Origin: an uncultured Gammaproteobacteria bacterium
GTDB lineage: Bacteria; Pseudomonadota; Gammaproteobacteria; UBA9214
Assembly (NCBI GenBank): GCA_963827755.1
Contig: CAWHCQ010000016.1
Coordinates: 32,001 to 96,000, forward strand
Length of the DNA: 64,000 nucleotides
Direction of reading: 5' to 3'
Under the pieces are notes generated by a model. The model was not told the origin of the DNA and ran no database searches. It saw nothing but the letters and a program-made list of their open reading frames with translations. Shown here piece after piece: positions 53,201-63,304 of this stretch. Positions within the stretch are counted from its first letter, which is position 1. The number at the start of each line of letters is the position of its first letter. Made by a program: the position numbers and the translations under genes.

Positions 53201-54346
53201 ATGTCTACAGCAACACGTTACACAGGTCTGATTGAACGTTACCGCGACCGCATGCCGGTCGCGGCGAACACGCGCATCATCAGCCTGGGAGAAGGCAATA
53301 CGCCGCTGGTCAAGCTTGAAAATATCCCCGGCGAAATCGGCAAGGATGTCGACCTTTATATAAAGTATGAAGGTTTGAACCCGACGGGTTCCTTCAAGGA
53401 CCGCGGTATGACCATGGCGGTGACGCAGGCCGTCGCTGATGGCAGCAACGCGATTGTCTGCGCGTCTACCGGCAATACGTCAGCGGCTGCAGCAGCCTAC
53501 GCGGCGCGCGCGGGTATTACTGCCTTCGTATTGATCCCGGAAGGCAAGATTGCCCTGGGAAAACTGGCACAGGCGATGATTCATGGCGCCGTGGTGATCC
53601 AGATCCGCGGTAATTTCGATGAAGGCATGCGCCTGGTCAAGGAAGTTGCCGACCACGCGCCGGTGACGATCGTGAATTCGATCAATCCCTATCGTCTGCA
53701 GGGACAGAAATCCGCGGCCTTTGAAATTGTCGATGAGCTTGGCCGTGCGCCGGACTTCCACTGTCTGCCGGTCGGTAATGCCGGTAATATCACCGCGCAC
53801 TGGATCGGCTACAGCGAGTACGCGAAACAGGACAGCGCCTGCGTCACCGAGGCCTGTGCCTTTTGCAGCGGCAACTGCAAGTTCGCTGGCAGGGCAGTGA
53901 CCGACAGGCGCCCGGTGATGGTCGGTTACCAGGCCTCCGGTGCGGCGCCGTTCCTGCGCGGCAAGATGGTGGATAATCCCGATACCGTTGCAACGGCCAT
54001 TCGTATCGGTCATCCCCAGTCCTGGGACCAGGCCTGGAAGGTCAACAAGGAGTCAGGCGGCTGGTTCGATGAATGCACCGACGAGGAGATCCTCGCGGCG
54101 CAGAAACTGCTGACCTCCCGCGAGGGTATATTTTGCGAACCGGCCTCGGCGACGTCCGTAGCCGGCGCGCTGCGCGATATCGGCAGCGGCAGGATTCCAC
54201 CGGGCAGTACGGTGGTGTGCACCCTGACCGGTCACGGCCTGAAAGACCCGGATACGGCGATCAGGCAGTGCGGCGAGGATGCCATGATGACGGTGGATGC
54301 CAATCTTGAGGCCGTCAAGGCGGCGATACTGGATAACATGGTTTGA
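53201..54346 (+). CDS. thrC: Threonine synthase (short type) with Cys-rich insertion
   Basis: GEGNTP, NPTGSFKDRG, CASTGNTS, PVGNAGN, TGHGLKDP. Confidence 0.95.
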   Translation: MSTATRYTGLIERYRDRMPVAANTRIISLGEGNTPLVKLENIPGEIGKDVDLYIKYEGLNPTGSFKDRGMTMAVTQAVADGSNAIVCASTGNTSAAAAAYAARAGITAFVLIPEGKIALGKLAQAMIHGAVVIQIRGNFDEGMRLVKEVADHAPVTIVNSINPYRLQGQKSAAFEIVDELGRAPDFHCLPVGNAGNITAHWIGYSEYAKQDSACVTEACAFCSGNCKFAGRAVTDRRPVMVGYQASGAAPFLRGKMVDNPDTVATAIRIGHPQSWDQAWKVNKESGGWFDECTDEEILAAQKLLTSREGIFCEPASATSVAGALRDIGSGRIPPGSTVVCTLTGHGLKDPDTAIRQCGEDAMMTVDANLEAVKAAILDNMV

Positions 54347-54388
54347 CACCTGTGCAACTCCGGGCCGCTGTAACGGGATTGCATCTCA

Positions 54389-55435
54389 TTGTCTGATGCG
54401 GCACAGCACATAACGCTTCTGGTCCCCGGCCTGTGCCCTGCCGGTTCCGAGGCTGCTTTCCTGGATAATCTTGCGGAAACCCTCCCTGCGCTGCAGCGCC
54501 TGCTGTCGCGCAGCAAACCCGGGATGCATACCGCCAACAGCCTCGATGCCGGCCTCGGCAGTCATTTTGGTTTGCAGTACGGGGGCGGCGCTGCCTTGCC
54601 GGCAGCCGCATTGACCAGCCTGGTCGATATCGACGAGCCGGCTGCAGGTTACCTCATGCGTGCCGACCCGGTACACCTGCGGGCGGATCAAAGCACGCTG
54701 CGCCTGTTTGACAGCCGTACCTTTTCAATCACGCAGGAGGAGGCCGATGCGCTGGTTGCCGCCTTCAATGAATTCTACACCGGCAGGGGCTGGCACCTGA
54801 CGGCGCCTTCCCCGCAACGCTGGTATATCTACCTGCAGAAGGCACCGCTTGTCTCAACCGTAGCACCCGGCACGATCGCCGGGCAGACAATCGATCCGAA
54901 TCTGCCGCGCGGCAGGGATGCCGCCGCGTGGCATGCGCTGATGAACGAGGTGCAAATGCTGTTTCACCAGCACCCGGTGAATGCGCGCCGCGAGGCAGGC
55001 GGTGAACCGATGATTAACAGCCTCTGGTTCTGGGGTGAAGGCCGGCTGCCGGAGACGGTGCACCGTCACCCCATGCAGGTCGCCACCGACAATCCGCTTG
55101 CGATGGGTCTGGCCTTGTTCACACAGACACCGCGGCGGGATTTACCCGCGAGCCTGGATGAACTGCTGGCAGCAGCGCAGGAGGCGCAAACCCTGGTCGT
55201 ACTCGATGAACTCGAGGCGGCCGTGCAGTATTCCGATATCGAGGCCTGGCACAAGGCAATGACGCGGATCGAGCGGCACTGGTTTGCGCCGTTGCTTGCA
55301 GCGCTCGAGGATGGCCGGGTGGCCGGCGTGGAAATCGATCCGTGTAGCGGGAAAAGTTACCGCACGACCCGCCGGCTGCTGAAGCGCTTCTGGAAACGCG
55401 TGCGTCCGCTGTCCGCTCTCTGTCAACATGGCTAG
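54389..55435 (+). CDS. RpfE-type / phosphoglycerate-mutase-like hypothetical protein
   Basis: RADPVHL, NEVQMLFHQHPVN..REA.G...NSLWFWGEG; overlaps the recJ start. Confidence 0.75.
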   Translation: MSDAAQHITLLVPGLCPAGSEAAFLDNLAETLPALQRLLSRSKPGMHTANSLDAGLGSHFGLQYGGGAALPAAALTSLVDIDEPAAGYLMRADPVHLRADQSTLRLFDSRTFSITQEEADALVAAFNEFYTGRGWHLTAPSPQRWYIYLQKAPLVSTVAPGTIAGQTIDPNLPRGRDAAAWHALMNEVQMLFHQHPVNARREAGGEPMINSLWFWGEGRLPETVHRHPMQVATDNPLAMGLALFTQTPRRDLPASLDELLAAAQEAQTLVVLDELEAAVQYSDIEAWHKAMTRIERHWFAPLLAALEDGRVAGVEIDPCSGKSYRTTRRLLKRFWKRVRPLSALCQHG

Positions 55436-57167
55436 GCGCATCATTCGCCGCAAGCAGCTGGTCAATAATGACCGCCTGCCTGCGGACCTGAACCCGGTTT
55501 TGCAGCGCGTCTATGCCGCACGCCCGATCCAGTCGGCAGCCGAGCTCGATTATTCGCTTGAGCGGCTGTTGCCGTTGACATCACTGGGCGGACTTTCAGA
55601 CGCAGTGGCGTTGCTCGAGGCCGCCATCAGGAACTGCAGGCGGATTGTGGTGGTCGGCGATTTCGATGCCGACGGGGCAACCAGCGTGGCGCTGTGCCTG
55701 CGTGCGCTGCGCATGATGGGTGCAAGTGATCTGCATTACCTGGTACCGAACCGCTTTGAGTACGGCTATGGATTGACGCCGGAGATCGTTGCTGTTGCCG
55801 CCGAACTCGGGCCGGATCTCATTATCACGGTGGATAACGGTATTTCCAGCCTGGAGGGCGTAGCGGCCGCGAACAAGCACGGTATACAGGTGCTGATAAC
55901 CGATCATCATTTGCCCGGCGAGCAGTTACCGGATGCGGCTGCCATCGTTAACCCGAATGTAAAAGGTGATGCCTTCCCGAGCAAGAACCTGGCCGGTGTC
56001 GGTGTTGCCTTTTATGTCATGCTGGCGCTGCGTGCGCGCTTGCGCGAGCAGGACTGGTTTGCGCAGCAGGGAATTGCAGCACCAAGGCTCGCGCAGTTGC
56101 TTGACCTGGTTGCGCTGGGTACGGTCGCCGATGTCGTACCGCTGGATTTCAACAACCGTATCCTGGTGCAGCAGGGCATCGCACGGATTCGGGCAGGACA
56201 CTGCGCCCCGGGTATTCGCGCCCTGCTGGAAGTCGGTGGACGCAGGCTGGATCGCATCGTCGCAGCCGACCTGGGTTTTATTGCAGGGCCGCGCCTGAAT
56301 GCGGCCGGTCGCATGGATGACATGTCGGTCGGCATAGAATGCCTGCTGGCCGACGACGAAACCGGCGCGCGTGAACTGGCCATGAAGCTGGATGAGCTGA
56401 ACCGTGACCGCCGCAAGGTCGAGGCCGACATGCAGGCACAGGCGCTTGCCGCGATCAAGACCATGAAACTGGACGTGGAAAACCTGCCGGTTGGCCTGTG
56501 CCTGTTTCAACCCGACTGGCACCAGGGCGTCATCGGCATCCTCGCGGCACGCATCAAGGAGCGCCTGCACCGCCCCGTGATTGCCTTTGCACGCAGTGGC
56601 GAGGGTATGCTGAAAGGCTCGGCGCGCTCGGTCAGCGGCCTGCACATCCGCGATGCGCTCGATGCGGTGGCAACGCGCCACCCCGGTCTGATCCCGCGCT
56701 TCGGCGGACATGCCATGGCGGCCGGTCTGAGCCTGGAGGAAGAAAACTACGCGGTTTTTGCACAGGCCTTTGATGAAGAAATCTCGCGCCACCTGACGCA
56801 GGATGACCTGGCCGGCGTGGTCTATTCCGACGGCGAGCTCAGCGAGCGTGAACTGTCGCTGGACACGGCGCAATTGTTGCGCGATGCCAGTCCCTGGGGC
56901 CAGGGTTTCCCCGAACCGGTGTTTGAGGGAAACTTTGACGTGCTCAGTCACCGCGTGGTCGGCCAGCGGCATATGAAAATGATGCTCAGGCCGCTGGGCG
57001 GCGACAGCGAGATCGATGCCATTGCTTTCAATACCCCGGAGTTGCCCGAGCCCTGCCGGCAGTTGCATATGGCCTACCGCCTGGATGTGAATGAATACCG
57101 CGGACGGATTAGCGCGCAGCTGATTATCGAATACATCGGCACCCCGCGGCTGGTAGCGCCTGCCTAA
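55428..57167 (+). CDS. recJ: Single-stranded-DNA exonuclease RecJ
   Basis: GDFDADG, TVDNG, TDHH, PRLNAAGR, FGGHAMAAG. Confidence 0.97.
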   Translation: MARRIIRRKQLVNNDRLPADLNPVLQRVYAARPIQSAAELDYSLERLLPLTSLGGLSDAVALLEAAIRNCRRIVVVGDFDADGATSVALCLRALRMMGASDLHYLVPNRFEYGYGLTPEIVAVAAELGPDLIITVDNGISSLEGVAAANKHGIQVLITDHHLPGEQLPDAAAIVNPNVKGDAFPSKNLAGVGVAFYVMLALRARLREQDWFAQQGIAAPRLAQLLDLVALGTVADVVPLDFNNRILVQQGIARIRAGHCAPGIRALLEVGGRRLDRIVAADLGFIAGPRLNAAGRMDDMSVGIECLLADDETGARELAMKLDELNRDRRKVEADMQAQALAAIKTMKLDVENLPVGLCLFQPDWHQGVIGILAARIKERLHRPVIAFARSGEGMLKGSARSVSGLHIRDALDAVATRHPGLIPRFGGHAMAAGLSLEEENYAVFAQAFDEEISRHLTQDDLAGVVYSDGELSERELSLDTAQLLRDASPWGQGFPEPVFEGNFDVLSHRVVGQRHMKMMLRPLGGDSEIDAIAFNTPELPEPCRQLHMAYRLDVNEYRGRISAQLIIEYIGTPRLVAPA

Positions 57168-57216
57168 CAGGAGTATCATTGCGCGCCTTGATTTGCATGA
57201 TTTTTGCGGTGTTTCC

Positions 57217-58315
57217 ATGACCGACCTGACCACCATCCGGACCAGGATCAAAGACCTTGACGGGCGTTCCACGTCCCTCAGGGGGTATCTTTGACCTTGA
57301 TGACAAGAATGAACGCCTGACCGAGGTCGTGCGCGAACTGGAACAGCCCGATGTCTGGAATGATCCGGAACGCGCCCAGCAGCTGGGACGTGAACGCGTC
57401 CGTCTTGAAGAGGTCGTGCTGGTGTTGAACAACATGTCCCGGACACTTGAAGATGCCTCGGAATTACTCGAAATGGCCGCCGATGAATCTGACCAGGAAA
57501 CCCTGGATGCGGTATACGGCGATCTGGATGCGCTGGAACAGGAAATTGCCGTCCTCGAATTCAGGCGTATGTTCTCCGGTGAAATGGACGCGGCCAATGC
57601 CTTTGTCGATATCCAGTCGGGGTCCGGCGGCACCGAGGCGCAGGACTGGGCGGAAATGCTGCTGCGCATGTATCTGCGCTGGAGTGAGCGCCACGGTTTC
57701 AAGACCGAGTTGATCGAGGTCTCACCGGGCGAGGTGGCCGGCATCAAGAGTGCCACTATCAGGATCGAGGGTTCCTATGCCTTTGGCTGGATGCGTACCG
57801 AGACCGGTGTGCACCGGCTGGTGCGCAAGTCTCCGTTTGATTCAGGTAACCGCAGGCATACATCGTTTGCGGCGGTGTTCGTCTCCCCGGAAATTGATGA
57901 CGACATCGATATCGAGATAAACCCGGCTGACCTGCGCATTGACGTGTACCGGGCCAGTGGCGCAGGTGGTCAGCATGTGAACCGTACCGAGTCTGCCGTA
58001 CGTATCACGCATGAGCCAACCGGCACAGTGGTACAGTGTCAGAATGACCGTTCCCAGCACAAGAACAAGGCCACCGCGATGAAACAGCTCAAGTCGAAGC
58101 TCTACGAGCTGGAAATGATGAAGCGCGGTGCCGACCAGCAGGCGCTGGAAGAGACCAAGTCGGATATCGGCTGGGGCAGCCAGATTCGCTCCTATGTGCT
58201 CGACCAGTCGCGCATCAAGGACCTGCGTACCGGGGTTGAAACCGGAAATACCCAGGCCGTGCTGGACGGGGAGCTGGACGGGTTTATCGAGGCGAGCCTG
58301 AAGTCCGGTTTGTAG
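57217..58315 (+). CDS. prfB: Peptide chain release factor 2 (programmed +1 frameshift)
   Basis: Codons 25-26 are CTT TGA followed by C, with an internal SD AGGGGG; SPF and GGQ motifs. Confidence 0.97.
57280..57295 (+). promoter_or_regulatory. RF2 +1 ribosomal frameshift signal
   Basis: AGGGGGTATCTTTGAC. Confidence 0.95.
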
Positions 58316-58380
58316 ACGCACTGTCGCCCGGATGCAGCTGCACGTATGAGTAAAGATACGCTGGACATCTGGTGCCTACT

Positions 58381-58403
58381 GTAGGAGCGGATCTCATCCG
58401 CGA
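58381..58403 (+). repeat. Single GTAG-type REP hairpin
   Basis: GTAGGAGCGGATCTCATCCGCGA between prfB and lysS. Confidence 0.65.
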
Positions 58404-58515
58404 TGATCCTGCTTGAGTAGCCGTCGCGCTTGAGAAGCGCACCAGCAGGTGACAGGCGTCCCGGTTGAGCGAAGTACGGAACCCGGGTCAAGAGAAGGTT
58501 AACAGGACAGTACTA

Positions 58516-60003
58516 ATGACAGACCAAGACGAAAATTCACTCATCGCCCAACGCCGTGCCAAGCTTGATGCACTGCGCGAGAACGGCAATACCTTTCCGA
58601 ACGATTTTCGTCGCAATGTTGTGGCGGGTGAGCTGCACGCGGAGTACGGTGAAAAGGAAAACGACGCTCTCGAGGCAGAGCCGATCCGGGTGAAAGTGGC
58701 CGGGCGGCTGATGGCAAAGCGGGTCATGGGTAAAGCCAGTTTTGCACAGTTGCAGGACATGTCCGGCAGGATTCAGCTGTTCCTGCAACGTGACTCGCTG
58801 GCGGAGGGTGTCTACCAGGCATTCAAGGGCTGGGACATCGGCGATATCATCGGTGCGGAAGGTGTGTTGTTCAGGACGAAGACCGGTGAGCTCTCCGTGC
58901 GTCTGGATTCCATTCGTATGCTGACGAAGTCGCTGCGGCCACTGCCGGAAAAATTTCATGGCCTGTCAGACCTTGAAACCCGTTACCGGCAGCGTTACGT
59001 GGACCTCATCATGAACGAGGACTCGCGCAAGACCTTCCGCATGCGCAGCCAGATGATCCAGTACATCCGTCATTACCTGGATACGCGGGATTTCATGGAG
59101 GTTGAAACGCCGATGATGCAGGCGATACCCGGCGGAGCGGTCGCGCGGCCGTTTGCAACCTATCACAATGCGCTGGACATGGATTTGTTCCTGCGTATTG
59201 CGCCTGAACTGTACCTGAAGCGCCTCATTGTCGGCGGTTTCGAAAGGGTCTACGAGATCAACCGGAATTTTCGCAACGAAGGGCTCTCGACGCGGCACAA
59301 TCCCGAGTTCACCATGCTTGAATTCTACCAGGCCTATGCGGACTACCGTGACTTGATGGACCTGACGGAAGACCTGCTGCGCTCGATGGCGGAGCAAATT
59401 CACGGCAATGTCGTGATCGAGTACCAGGGCAGGGCGTATGATTTTGGCAAGCCATTTCGGCGCATGAGCGTGCATGATTCAATCCTGCATTTCAATCCTG
59501 ATCTTGCAGCCGGGGACATCGGTGAGCTGGAGAAGGCGAGGGCCGTTGCTGCAAGGCTCGGTATTGCATTAAAAGACAGTTACGGGCTGGGCAAGGTGCA
59601 GATCGAGATCTTTGAGAAGACCGTGGAAGGCCGGCTCGACGATCCGACCTTTATCACGGCCTATCCGACCGAGGTGTCACCGCTGGCACGACGCAATGAT
59701 GCAGATCCGTTTGTGACCGACCGCTTCGAATTCTTCGTCGGTGGTCGCGAAATAGCCAATGGCTTTTCCGAGCTGAATGATGCTGAAGACCAGGCGGAAC
59801 GTTTTCGTCAACAGGTGAAGGACAAGGATGCCGGTGACCTCGAGGCCATGCATTTTGATGCGGATTATATTCGTGCGCTGGAGCACGGCATGCCGCCGAC
59901 CGCCGGTGAGGGAATTGGCATTGACCGCCTGGTCATGCTGTTTACCGATTCACCCTCGATCCGTGATGTGCTGTTGTTTCCACACATGCGGCCCGAGGCC
60001 TGA
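58516..60003 (+). CDS. lysS: Lysine--tRNA ligase (class II)
   Basis: [31 protein letters not shown]. Confidence 0.98.
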   Translation: MTDQDENSLIAQRRAKLDALRENGNTFPNDFRRNVVAGELHAEYGEKENDALEAEPIRVKVAGRLMAKRVMGKASFAQLQDMSGRIQLFLQRDSLAEGVYQAFKGWDIGDIIGAEGVLFRTKTGELSVRLDSIRMLTKSLRPLPEKFHGLSDLETRYRQRYVDLIMNEDSRKTFRMRSQMIQYIRHYLDTRDFMEVETPMMQAIPGGAVARPFATYHNALDMDLFLRIAPELYLKRLIVGGFERVYEINRNFRNEGLSTRHNPEFTMLEFYQAYADYRDLMDLTEDLLRSMAEQIHGNVVIEYQGRAYDFGKPFRRMSVHDSILHFNPDLAAGDIGELEKARAVAARLGIALKDSYGLGKVQIEIFEKTVEGRLDDPTFITAYPTEVSPLARRNDADPFVTDRFEFFVGGREIANGFSELNDAEDQAERFRQQVKDKDAGDLEAMHFDADYIRALEHGMPPTAGEGIGIDRLVMLFTDSPSIRDVLLFPHMRPEA

Positions 60004-60090
60004 AAGTATTCAACTGGTTGTTTATCAGAGATATTTGACGGACTGGCAGGGCAAGGGACAGCCACTGTACTGGAGCAGGGCCCTGCCCGG

Positions 60091-61821
60091 TTATTTTTTC
60101 GTCAGCCGGGTGACGTCAACATGGATAGCCAGGTTTTGACCGGGTTTCAGGTAGCTGTCCCCGGGCAGCTTGTTCCAGCTTCGCAGGTCCTTGATGCTGA
60201 CATTATATTTTCTCGAGATGTCATACAAAGAGTCGCCGCTGCGTACGGCGTAATGCACCGTGCGGACATGTTTCGCGGATGCTGTACCGATATTGTTTCT
60301 CCAGATTACCAGTCGTTGCCCGGGCCTGATCACTGAACCGCCGCCCAGCTGATTCCATTTTTTCAGCTGCGCCACCCTGACCTGGTAACGGTGAGCAATC
60401 GCCCACAGGCTGTCACCGGTTTTTACCTTGTGGCTTATTTTGAAGCTGCTTGAATCCAGGTACTGCAGGCCCTTGTTCAGCGCCGCCAGAATGGAAGCAT
60501 CGCTTGCTGCAACCGGTACCAGCAATCGGCTGCCTGCACGGATGCGGGTGGTATCCAGGTTATTGGATTGCTGCAGCACCTTTACAGTTGTCTGATAACG
60601 CAGTGCTATATGGCTGAGCGTTTCGCCCGCGGCGATCCTGTGCCTGAACCACCTGACGCGATCGGAGGGATCGAGCCCGGCGAGGTTTCTGGTAAAGATG
60701 TCTGCCTTGTCAACCGGTATTGCAAGTTGATGCGGGCCATCCGGGTGTGTCGCCCAGCGGTTGAATCCCGGGTTTATCTGCTGGAAGTCATCGGTTTCCA
60801 TTTCTGCCAGTTCAGCGGCGACCTCGATCTCCAGCTGGTTGCCGGTCTCGATAATGGCAAAACCGGGCGCACTGTCAATCAACGGCAATTCGACGCCATA
60901 CTCATCCGGGTTGTTGATGATGCGACAGATGGCAAGCAGTTTCGGCACATAGGCGGCAGTCTCGTCCGGTAACTCCAGGTGCCAGAAGTCCGTAGGTTTG
61001 CCGGCCTTGCGGTTGCGTTTAATGGCATTGCGAACTGTGCGGCCACCGGCATTGTAGGCGGCCAGGGTCAGTAACCAGTCCCCGTTGAATTGTTTTTGAA
61101 GTTTATCGAGATAATTGAGTGCCGCATCGGTTGATGCGACGACATCGCGGCGTTCGTCGTACCACCAGTCCTGTTTCAGGCCGAAATAACTGGCCGTACT
61201 GGGGATGAACTGCCACAGGCCGGCGGCGCGGCCATGAGAATAGGCAAACGGGTCATAGCCACTTTCGACAAACGGCAGGAGTACCATCTCACCGGGAAAG
61301 CCCCGTTTTTTCACTTCGTGACGTATATAGGAAAGATAGGGTTCACCGCGTTTGAGGGTAAACCTGATGGGAAGCGGATGTTTCGCGTACTGGTCCACCT
61401 GCCTGCTGATTTTTTTGTGGCGAATATCAGACTGGCTAAAATCACTGCGCAACAGCTGCCAGAATTCTTCATCATGCGTGTCTGCCTGCCCTGGAATGCC
61501 TGCTGTGAGATTCTCCAGTTCGTTGATCTGCGCCAGCAAGTATTCAGTGCCTGCCTCCTGCCTGTCGACTTGCGTCAGCAAGTCGTCAACGATCGCCTGC
61601 GGTTCTTCGATCTGTACCAGCACAACTTTGAAGTCCGCTTCCAGATCTTCGATCAACGCGAGCACGTCTTGAACATCCGCTTCCAGTTCTTCGATCTGCA
61701 CGAGCACGGATGTACCCCCCGGTTTCTGAACTCGCGTGACGGATGGATAGGGCTCGGCCGCTGCAAACCCTGTCGCCAGCAGGATAACCAGGGTCACAAA
61801 AAATGAGGGAGTTGAGTGCAT
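60091..61821 (-). CDS. mltD: MltD-like lytic transglycosylase (SLT plus three LysM) with N-terminal coiled-coil extension
   Basis: VESGY, GLWQF, AAYNAG, ETAAYVPK; three LysM repeats. Confidence 0.85.
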   Translation of the reverse strand: MHSTPSFFVTLVILLATGFAAAEPYPSVTRVQKPGGTSVLVQIEELEADVQDVLALIEDLEADFKVVLVQIEEPQAIVDDLLTQVDRQEAGTEYLLAQINELENLTAGIPGQADTHDEEFWQLLRSDFSQSDIRHKKISRQVDQYAKHPLPIRFTLKRGEPYLSYIRHEVKKRGFPGEMVLLPFVESGYDPFAYSHGRAAGLWQFIPSTASYFGLKQDWWYDERRDVVASTDAALNYLDKLQKQFNGDWLLTLAAYNAGGRTVRNAIKRNRKAGKPTDFWHLELPDETAAYVPKLLAICRIINNPDEYGVELPLIDSAPGFAIIETGNQLEIEVAAELAEMETDDFQQINPGFNRWATHPDGPHQLAIPVDKADIFTRNLAGLDPSDRVRWFRHRIAAGETLSHIALRYQTTVKVLQQSNNLDTTRIRAGSRLLVPVAASDASILAALNKGLQYLDSSSFKISHKVKTGDSLWAIAHRYQVRVAQLKKWNQLGGGSVIRPGQRLVIWRNNIGTASAKHVRTVHYAVRSGDSLYDISRKYNVSIKDLRSWNKLPGDSYLKPGQNLAIHVDVTRLTKK

Positions 61822-62014
61822 AAATACCCGTAAGGCGTATTTTCCGGTCTCTGCCAGCTAGCGCCGGAAGATGGTGTCACAGTATGCTGACAGGCAGGTA
61901 GTGGCAGGTCAATAGCCGCTTCTGGCTGGTGGGCCACAAACAGGCGGCTCGCGGCCACACGCAGGCCTGATTATATATTGGGCCAGACGGTGGCATACGG
62001 TATGCTTTCGGTAA

Positions 62015-62785
62015 ATGAACACTGGAATATCAATGGCTTCACGCGTCACTGCGCTACGTGACTGGTACCGGCGCCCGCTGGGTCGTCTGCTGGCCGAGTC
62101 CGAGCAGGACGCGCTGGCGGCCCAGCTGCCCACCCTGTTCGGTTACCACCTTATGGTGATTGAGCCGCCCTGGGAAAATTGCCCGTTGCAGGACAGCCGC
62201 ATACCGCACCATTTCATTCAGAGTGTTACGCCAGCTGCGCAGCCGGCAGCCGGGCTTGCCGGGCATACCGATGACTGGCCGATCATGACGGATTCCGTCG
62301 ATGCCATTATTCTGCCGCATACACTGGAACTCAGTCGTGATCCGCACCAGGTGTTGCGTGAAGCCGACCGCAGCCTGATACCGGACGGACACCTGGTTAT
62401 CCTCGGATTCAATCCCCATGGACCCTGGGGGCTGCGGCGTGTGTTTACTCCCGGACGCGGCAGTATGCCCTGGGATTGCCGTTTTCTGGGGCTGAGCCGC
62501 ATCAAGGACTGGCTCGGTTTATTGGGATTCGATACGCTCGAGAGTCATTACCTGTTTCAGCGTCCGCCCGTGCAGAATTTGCGCCTGCTTGAAAAACTGA
62601 GCTTGCTTGAACCCGCCAGTGGTCAAGGCAGGCAATTACTGTCGGCAGCCTACATCCTGGTGGCGCGTAAACGCACGACCATCGTTACGCCGATAAAACC
62701 ATTGCGTTCGCGGCGCAGCCGCCTGTTCCCGGTGGGTATTCCGAGCTCCAGCCAGGGCAATGTCCGGCATGTCCGTCACCACTGA
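62015..62785 (+). CDS. Class I SAM-dependent methyltransferase (YafS-like)
   Basis: [29 protein letters not shown]; between mltD and rnhA. Confidence 0.85.
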   Translation: MNTGISMASRVTALRDWYRRPLGRLLAESEQDALAAQLPTLFGYHLMVIEPPWENCPLQDSRIPHHFIQSVTPAAQPAAGLAGHTDDWPIMTDSVDAIILPHTLELSRDPHQVLREADRSLIPDGHLVILGFNPHGPWGLRRVFTPGRGSMPWDCRFLGLSRIKDWLGLLGFDTLESHYLFQRPPVQNLRLLEKLSLLEPASGQGRQLLSAAYILVARKRTTIVTPIKPLRSRRSRLFPVGIPSSSQGNVRHVRHH

Positions 62786-63207
62786 AATATTTACCGATGG
62801 CGCCTGCCGCGGCAACCCGGGGCCGGGTGGCTGGGGTGTGCTCATGCGCCATAACGGCGTGGAGAAAACACTCTTCGGCGCGGAAGAGCTGACGACCAAT
62901 AACCGCATGGAATTGATGGCGGCGATCAAGGCACTGGAAAGTCTGAAGCGCCGCTGCAAGGTTCGAGTGACGACAGATTCGAAATATGTCATGCAGGGTA
63001 TCCAGGAATGGATGCCGAACTGGAAAAAGCGCGGCTGGAAGACGGCTGCAAGGAAGCCGGTAAAAAATGTCGATCTGTGGATGCGGCTGGACGAGGCAGC
63101 CGCCGCACATGATGTGCAATGGAAGTGGGTCAAGGGCCACAGCGGGCATGCTCGAAAATGAACTGGCGGACGAGCTGGCAAACCGGGCGATTGACGAGCT
63201 GTTGTAG
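62769..63207 (+). CDS. rnhA: Ribonuclease HI (apparent frameshift near 63152)
   Basis: [29 protein letters not shown]; NELADELA follows in a shifted frame. Confidence 0.95.
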
Positions 63208-63260
63208 TGGCTTGATCAGGATGCATCCCTGACGGATTACTGATCAATATAACAAACAAT

Positions 63261-63284
63261 CCCCTCTCCCACAGGGAGAGGGGG
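63261..63284. repeat. CCCCTCTCCC-ACA-GGGAGAGGGG palindrome (REP-like)
   Basis: 10-bp arms between rnhA and dnaQ. Confidence 0.6.
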
Positions 63285-63304
63285 CAAGCGCGAAGGGGCA
63301 AGCA

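Noticed and set aside
55926-57446. 506-aa minus-strand ORF
   Set aside because: Antisense shadow of recJ/prfB
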